Assembly (NCBI GenBank): GCA_038324055.1
Contig: JBBQHO010000001.1
Location: 1-59,037 of the forward strand
DNA length: 59,037 bases
Reading direction: 5' to 3'
Origin: Polyangiales bacterium
GTDB lineage: Bacteria > Myxococcota_A > Polyangia > Polyangiales > Polyangiaceae
This document shows, piece by piece, positions 54,447 through 59,037 of this stretch (position 1 is its first letter; the number at the start of each line of letters is the position of its first letter). The notes beneath the pieces were generated by a model. It was not told the DNA's origin, searched no databases, and was given only the letters and a program-made list of their open reading frames with translations. The translations under genes and the position numbers were made by a program.

Positions 54447-56527
54447 GCTTTACCAACACGGCCTCGATCGCTTTGCTGCTGAGCGGTTGTCTGCTCGGCG
54501 GCTGTCGCTCGTCGGGTGGCGGGGGGGGCAGCAAGTCGGACAAGCCAGCCGCATCGGACGTCGAGGCGAGTGGAGCCGCAGCGCGCCCGGTCGACTATCG
54601 CCTCGTGCGCGACGCCGCGCGACGCATCGATGCAGGTGAACTGCCACTGTTGCAGCGGCATTTGGCGGCCAGCGGGCCTGCACGGCTGTGGGCCGCTTTT
54701 GGCCTGGGAAAACTGTGCAAACACGATCGTCCAGGTGTGACTGCGGGGTTGGTTTCGGCGTTGGCGGCTTGGTCCGTCGAGCCGGCGCCGCCGAGCCCCT
54801 TGGAGCTGCGCACGTTGGCGCGTGCACTCGGCAGCTGCGCGACGGAAGAGAGTGAGCACGTCTTGCGCAGCTGGGTGAGCGCGAGCGGCGCATCTTCTCT
54901 GCCTGGACTTGCGGAGGCCGCGGCCTTCGGGCTCGGAATACAGGCCGATCGCAGCGGAAGCCTGGAAGAGCGTACGCTGACCGTGCTGCTCGACGCCGCC
55001 GAGCGCGAGAAGAACCGCGTGCTGCTGTATCCAGTTGGACGTCTGCCAGCGCTCGGCGAAGCGCTAGCGGCTCGCACTTTGGACGTCGCGGGCGAACTGC
55101 TCACCCAAAAGGCAGAAGGTTCGCACCAGTTCGCCATCCTCGCACTTGGCAGCGTCGGTCCGAGCGCCAGTCTGCCTCTCGTGCAGCTCGCTTTGAACGC
55201 GGACTTTGAGGCCAGCGAACGCGCGCTCGCCGTCCAAGCGCTCGGACGTCTAGGGCCAGGCGGGGCGCGCGCCTTGGATCAAGCGACCAAGGCGCTACTC
55301 GAGCGCGGCTTGCCGGCCCAAGCCGACGACGCAGCTTGGGTCGTACTTGGCGCGTTGCTCAAGTTGCTCGACGAGCCGCACGAAGCACGCCAAATGCTGG
55401 CGGAGCTCGGCCGCGCTCCGCTTGGACCAACAAGCACGCCGGCCGAACGCGCGCAGCGTCGACGCATGATCGCGCTGCGTTGTCGCGCCGCCGCTCTGGT
55501 CGCGCAAGCGAACGAATTGGCGCGCGGTTTGCTGGAGTGCGACCCTGAGCACGGCGTCGCCGAAATGGAGGCGCGCCTCGAAGTGCTCGGACGCGGCCCT
55601 TTGAAGGCCCAGCGAGCCCGTGCGTTTGCCGAGCTCACCAAGACCGACAATCCGCGTCTACTCCAGGCCGCGCTACGCCTGCTCCCTCGTCACGCCGAAT
55701 ACGAGGGCACCCTCGAACTCTTGATCACGGCGCTCGGAAAACCCGAAGCGGGCACGCGCGCCACGGCGCTCGGGGTCATCGCAGCGCACCCCGAGCGAAT
55801 CTACACGCGCGTCAAAGAGTCCGAGCCCGATGCGCGCGTCGTCACGGCGGTGCAAACCATGCTCGAAAGTTCAAGCGACAAGCCGGCACTGGAGACCATC
55901 GCGGCGGCGCTGGGGGCAGCCGGCGCGCTCGGAACCTTGACGCTCAAGCCCGCGGTGGAACGCCATTGCCGTGGCCCGCATCGCGCGCTCCACGCGCGGG
56001 CCCAGGCGGCATTGGGCTTGCTGGGCAGTCCGAATCAAGAGTGCCGCTCTGCCGGCCAGCCGACGCCTGCAGTACCGACCCCACCCGTTCTAGCTCCCAC
56101 GGTCGATCAAAAACCAGTCGTCGTGCACATCGAGAGCGATCTCGGTGCGCTCGAACTACGGCTCGATAGCGCCGACACCGAAGCGGGGCGCCGGCGCGTC
56201 GTCGAACTCGTCGGGCAGCACCAGTACGATGGCGTCGCCGTGACGGCAGCGGCGTTCGGCTTTGCCGTCACGTTCGGCGATCGCGACGGCGACGGCTACG
56301 AAAACGGCGAGCTCGTGCCACTAGCCGACGAACTCGGGCCGACCGAGTGGAGCGCAGGCTCGGTGGGCTTCACCAGCTTTGCAGTAGACGCGGCGGGCTC
56401 TCAGCTTTTGGTCACCCTCGGCGAAGCACCAGCCATGACCGGCGAGAAGACGCGCCTCGGCACAGCCAGCGGCCCCTGGCACTTGCTGATGCCGGGAGAC
56501 GTATTCAGCAGCTTGCGCATGGAATGA
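54443..56527 (+). CDS. lipoprotein: HEAT/ARM-like repeat region + C-terminal cyclophilin-like domain
   Basis: MSFTNTASIALLLSGC contains a lipobox, followed by a Gly-rich linker. A long Ala/Leu-rich helical repeat region follows. The last ~150 aa (VVHIESDLGALELRL....YDG....GF.V.FGD.DGDG...SVGF.....AGSQLLVTLG) is cyclophilin-like. The ATG overlaps the upstream stop (ATGA). Confidence 0.7.
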   Translation: MSFTNTASIALLLSGCLLGGCRSSGGGGGSKSDKPAASDVEASGAAARPVDYRLVRDAARRIDAGELPLLQRHLAASGPARLWAAFGLGKLCKHDRPGVTAGLVSALAAWSVEPAPPSPLELRTLARALGSCATEESEHVLRSWVSASGASSLPGLAEAAAFGLGIQADRSGSLEERTLTVLLDAAEREKNRVLLYPVGRLPALGEALAARTLDVAGELLTQKAEGSHQFAILALGSVGPSASLPLVQLALNADFEASERALAVQALGRLGPGGARALDQATKALLERGLPAQADDAAWVVLGALLKLLDEPHEARQMLAELGRAPLGPTSTPAERAQRRRMIALRCRAAALVAQANELARGLLECDPEHGVAEMEARLEVLGRGPLKAQRARAFAELTKTDNPRLLQAALRLLPRHAEYEGTLELLITALGKPEAGTRATALGVIAAHPERIYTRVKESEPDARVVTAVQTMLESSSDKPALETIAAALGAAGALGTLTLKPAVERHCRGPHRALHARAQAALGLLGSPNQECRSAGQPTPAVPTPPVLAPTVDQKPVVVHIESDLGALELRLDSADTEAGRRRVVELVGQHQYDGVAVTAAAFGFAVTFGDRDGDGYENGELVPLADELGPTEWSAGSVGFTSFAVDAAGSQLLVTLGEAPAMTGEKTRLGTASGPWHLLMPGDVFSSLRME

Positions 56528-57345
56528 GCGGCCGCTCGGTGGTAGGCCGAACCGCGATGCTTCTCGCTGTCGACATTGGCAACACCAACATCGTCTGCGG
56601 ACTCTACGAAGGCGCGACGCTGTCGGCGACCTTTCGCTTCGAAAGCTCGCCGCGCCGAAGTAGCGACGAACAAGCGGCTTTGCTCGCACAACTCCTCCAG
56701 CTGCGGCAAATCGACAAGAGTTCGATCGTGGCCAGTATCGTGGCTAGCGTGGTCCCGCCACTCACCGACGTGATCGCGCGCGCCGTGGAGGAGATCGTCG
56801 GAACGCCGCCGCTCGTGGTCGGTGGACCCGGGCTCAAGACGGGCATCCGGATCCGCACCGACAACCCGCGAGAAGTCGGCGCCGATCGTATCGTCAACTC
56901 GGTGGCTGCTTTCGAGCGGGTCAAAGGCGCAGTGGTCGTCGTCGATCTGGGCACGGCCACGACCTTCGACTGTGTCTCGGAAGAGGGCGACTACTTGGGC
57001 GGGGTGATCGTGCCAGGCGTTCAGGTCAGCTTGGATGGTCTCTTGGGGCGCGCCGCCAAGCTCTCGCGCATCGAGCTGGTCGAGCCACCACGCGTGATCG
57101 GACGCAACACCGTGCACGCCATGCAGTCGGGCATCGTCCACGGCTACGCTTCGCTCGTCGACGGACTGATCGAAAAGATCGGCGTGGAGCTCGGCGTGCC
57201 CTTTCGCACGCTGGCGACGGGCGGCCTGGCCGAACGCATCTGCAAGCGTACGCGACTGGTCGAAGAGATCTGCCCGAACCTCACTCTTGACGGCCTGCGA
57301 TTGATCTACGAGCGCAACCAAAACGCCCGACCCGGAGAGCCGTGA
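56524..57345 (+). CDS. coaX: type III pantothenate kinase
   Basis: MLLAVDIGNTN, NPREVGADRI.N, VVDLGTATTFD, GG.I.PG, GRNT..A.QSG. ATG 56524 overlaps the upstream stop. ATG 56557 (MLLAVDIGNT) is an equally plausible start. Confidence 0.9.
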   Translation: MSGRSVVGRTAMLLAVDIGNTNIVCGLYEGATLSATFRFESSPRRSSDEQAALLAQLLQLRQIDKSSIVASIVASVVPPLTDVIARAVEEIVGTPPLVVGGPGLKTGIRIRTDNPREVGADRIVNSVAAFERVKGAVVVVDLGTATTFDCVSEEGDYLGGVIVPGVQVSLDGLLGRAAKLSRIELVEPPRVIGRNTVHAMQSGIVHGYASLVDGLIEKIGVELGVPFRTLATGGLAERICKRTRLVEEICPNLTLDGLRLIYERNQNARPGEP

Positions 57346-58220
57346 ACCCAAGAGCGCTTGGCGCGCTCGCCTTGACGGTCGCATTGGGCCTCGGGGCCTG
57401 GGCCTGGACGCGAGCGCGCACCCCCGAGAGCCCGCCTTTGCATGTCGCAACCCCGCGCTTGGTTTCTTTGGCGCCCGCGGTCAGCGAAACCTTGCGGGCG
57501 CTCGGTGCGGGCGAGCAACTCGTCGCCGTCAGCGACTACTGCTCCGACACCACCCACCTGCCGCGCGTGGGGAGCGCCATCACGCCAAACTACGAAGCGA
57601 TCGCGCGCGCGCGTCCGACTCTGATCTTGGCGACGCAGGTGGGCGGCAGCCAGCTCACGCCACTGACGCGCATCGCTCCCACGACAGAACTGCCGTGGCT
57701 CAGCGTCGTTGAGGTGGCCGCCAGCGTGCGCCGCCTTGGCTGGCTCACGGGCCAGAGCTCACGGGGCAACGCCCTCGCCGCCAGGTTTGCGAAGGTGCTC
57801 GACGTCGCGCCGCCCCCCTCGGCTCCGCGCGTGCTGGTCTTGCTCGGCGACGCAGGCGCGGGCACTAGCAGTTACTGGTTCATCAAGCGGGACTCACTCC
57901 ACGGCGCGCTGCTGCACGCAGCCGGTGCCCGGAACGCCGTGCCCGAGGAAGTGACAGGTGCTCCCCGCATCTCCGTCGAGGACCTGCTCCGCCTTGATCC
58001 AGACGCCGTGGTGATCTTCGGCGCCGACCCACGCGGCCCGGTCTCGGTCGAGCCCATCCTGGCGGAGTTGCGCAAGCTCGAGCCTTTGCGGGCCGTGAAG
58101 GCCAATCGTCTCGGCGCACTCGTCGCGCCCCAACTCTTGGGCTCCGGTCCCGCACTGCTCGACTTCGTGGAACCTCTACGCACCGAAATTGCCCGCCTTT
58201 TGGCCCGTCCAACGCCATGA
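57342..58220 (+). CDS. ABC transporter periplasmic binding protein (BtuF/FhuD-type, cobalamin/iron-chelate class)
   Basis: Signal peptide, then RLVSLAPAVSETLRALGAGEQLVAVSDYC....LP.VG....PNYEAI...RPTLILA, typical of BtuF-like proteins. The GTG start overlaps the coaX stop. Confidence 0.8.
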   Translation: MNPRALGALALTVALGLGAWAWTRARTPESPPLHVATPRLVSLAPAVSETLRALGAGEQLVAVSDYCSDTTHLPRVGSAITPNYEAIARARPTLILATQVGGSQLTPLTRIAPTTELPWLSVVEVAASVRRLGWLTGQSSRGNALAARFAKVLDVAPPPSAPRVLVLLGDAGAGTSSYWFIKRDSLHGALLHAAGARNAVPEEVTGAPRISVEDLLRLDPDAVVIFGADPRGPVSVEPILAELRKLEPLRAVKANRLGALVAPQLLGSGPALLDFVEPLRTEIARLLARPTP

Positions 58221-59014
58221 ATTCGCTTGCTGCGGGAAGTCCAGGGCCGAAGTCGGCGAAGCTCAGCGCGCGCGCCCTGTGCCTCGGCACCCGCCTCTGC
58301 GACGTATCGCTGGAACTTGCGGCGGGCGAGTGCATCGTGCTGACGGGCCCCAACGGTTCAGGCAAATCGAGCTTGCTGCGTGTCTTGCTGGGTCTGGAAG
58401 AGCCGGATGGGGGCCAGCTCGAACTGGACCAGCGAGCCTACGACGGCTGGAGTCGAACCGAATTGGCGAGTCGTCTCGGCTGGCTGCCGCAACGGCCGGG
58501 TCTCGCCGAACCGAGGACCGTCGAAGAACTGGTCGCTGCGGGTCGATTTCGTTTCCGCGAATCCGAGTCCGTGGCCCGAGCGGCCGCCCTGCGCGCTCTG
58601 GCGTCGCTCGATGCGGCCCAGCTCGTCGGGCGGCGAACCGATCGTATTTCGGGCGGCGAACTGCAGCGCGTGCTGCTCGCGACTCTGGTCGCTCAAGAGG
58701 CGCCGCTCTTGCTGGTCGACGAACCCGCCAATCACCTCGATCCCGAGCAGCAGGTCGCCGCCTACCGAGCACTCGGACGCCTCTGGCAGCAAGGCCACGG
58801 TCTGCTCGTCGTGACGCACGAACTCGGCTTGGTGCGCCTGCTGGGCGATCCGACGCGGATCCGGGTGCTCGGCCTCGCCCAGGGTCGTGTCGCGCTCGAT
58901 GAACGGCTCGACTCACCCGATCTGCCTGCTGCCCTCGCGCGCCTGTCGGGCGTGCCCTTTCGCGCCGGCAGACGACCGGGCGACGTGTCGGTCGATTGGG
59001 AGGCGCTCGAATGA
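58217..59014 (+). CDS. ABC transporter ATP-binding protein (iron-chelate/B12 type)
   Basis: Walker A GPNGSGKSSLL, signature ISGGELQRV, Walker B LLLVDEPANHLD and H-loop VTHEL. The ATG overlaps the upstream stop. Confidence 0.9.
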   Translation: MNSLAAGSPGPKSAKLSARALCLGTRLCDVSLELAAGECIVLTGPNGSGKSSLLRVLLGLEEPDGGQLELDQRAYDGWSRTELASRLGWLPQRPGLAEPRTVEELVAAGRFRFRESESVARAAALRALASLDAAQLVGRRTDRISGGELQRVLLATLVAQEAPLLLVDEPANHLDPEQQVAAYRALGRLWQQGHGLLVVTHELGLVRLLGDPTRIRVLGLAQGRVALDERLDSPDLPAALARLSGVPFRAGRRPGDVSVDWEALE

Positions 59015-59037
59015 AACAAGGCTGGGCAGCAACTTCG
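59011..59037 (+). CDS. start of next operon gene (probably the permease), 3' truncated by the window
   Basis: ATG 59011 overlaps stop 59012-59014 (ATGA), continuing the coupling pattern. Only 9 codons are visible. Confidence 0.3.

Noticed and set aside
1-59037. Scan for CRISPR arrays, tRNA/rRNA genes, IS elements/transposases/integrases, and sigma54 (TGGCAC-N5-TTGC) promoters
   Set aside because: No regularly spaced direct repeats, no cloverleaf-like segments in the intergenic regions and no DDE/tyrosine-recombinase-like ORFs were found. The TGGCAC occurrences (for example 18556, 37646, 51465) lack a correctly spaced -12 TTGC element. A by-eye scan can miss small RNAs.

Overview
High-G+C chromosomal segment (strong G/C bias at third codon positions) with about 50 densely packed protein-coding genes, many joined by 1-11 nt start/stop overlaps. 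I found no rRNA, tRNA, CRISPR array, transposase or integrase by eye. All family assignments come from recognising motifs in the supplied translations, not from database searches. The gene content suggests a Myxococcota-like genome (inference): at least nine lipobox lipoproteins, an FHA protein, a hybrid kinase, an orphan MCP, TLC-type transporters with HEAT repeats, PhzF and a polyprenyl sugar transferase.

Layout:
- 1-5.2 kb: miscellaneous genes, including lactonase, ogt, an endolysin-like M15 peptidase and a very Cys-rich lipoprotein.
- 5.3-15.2 kb: hybrid kinase, a TetR-TolC-MFP-RND efflux operon, a cupredoxin and a CDF transporter.
- 15.2-20.3 kb and 26.3-31.6 kb: two paralogous cassettes. 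Each has a POTRA-less Omp85-type barrel tightly coupled to a ~600 aa lipoprotein. Each cassette is divergent from another envelope gene or operon (a DUF4105 protein; a PAP2 phosphatase plus small barrel).
- 20.5-26.3 kb: sugar transferase, PhzF, and a lower-GC patch with small accessory genes.
- 31.7-37.3 kb: two divergent TLC-like (ATP/ADP translocase family) transporters. One is fused to HEAT repeats and overlaps a tandem cNMP-binding protein.
- 37.4-45 kb: giant repeat lipoprotein, NtrY-like kinase, MCP and a transglutaminase-like protein.
- 45-59 kb: mostly housekeeping (UDPGP, SppA, proB, lepB, FHA, pcnB, coaX, B12/iron-type ABC) with some unusual fusions.

The best candidate for an undescribed system is the duplicated Omp85-barrel + exported lipoprotein pair. 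The lipoproteins carry what looks like a protein-kinase-like catalytic core (HxDxxxxN followed by D[WF][GS]D), and cassette B sits next to an exported PAP2 phosphatase. The second candidate is the TLC / TLC-HEAT / cNMP-binding module.
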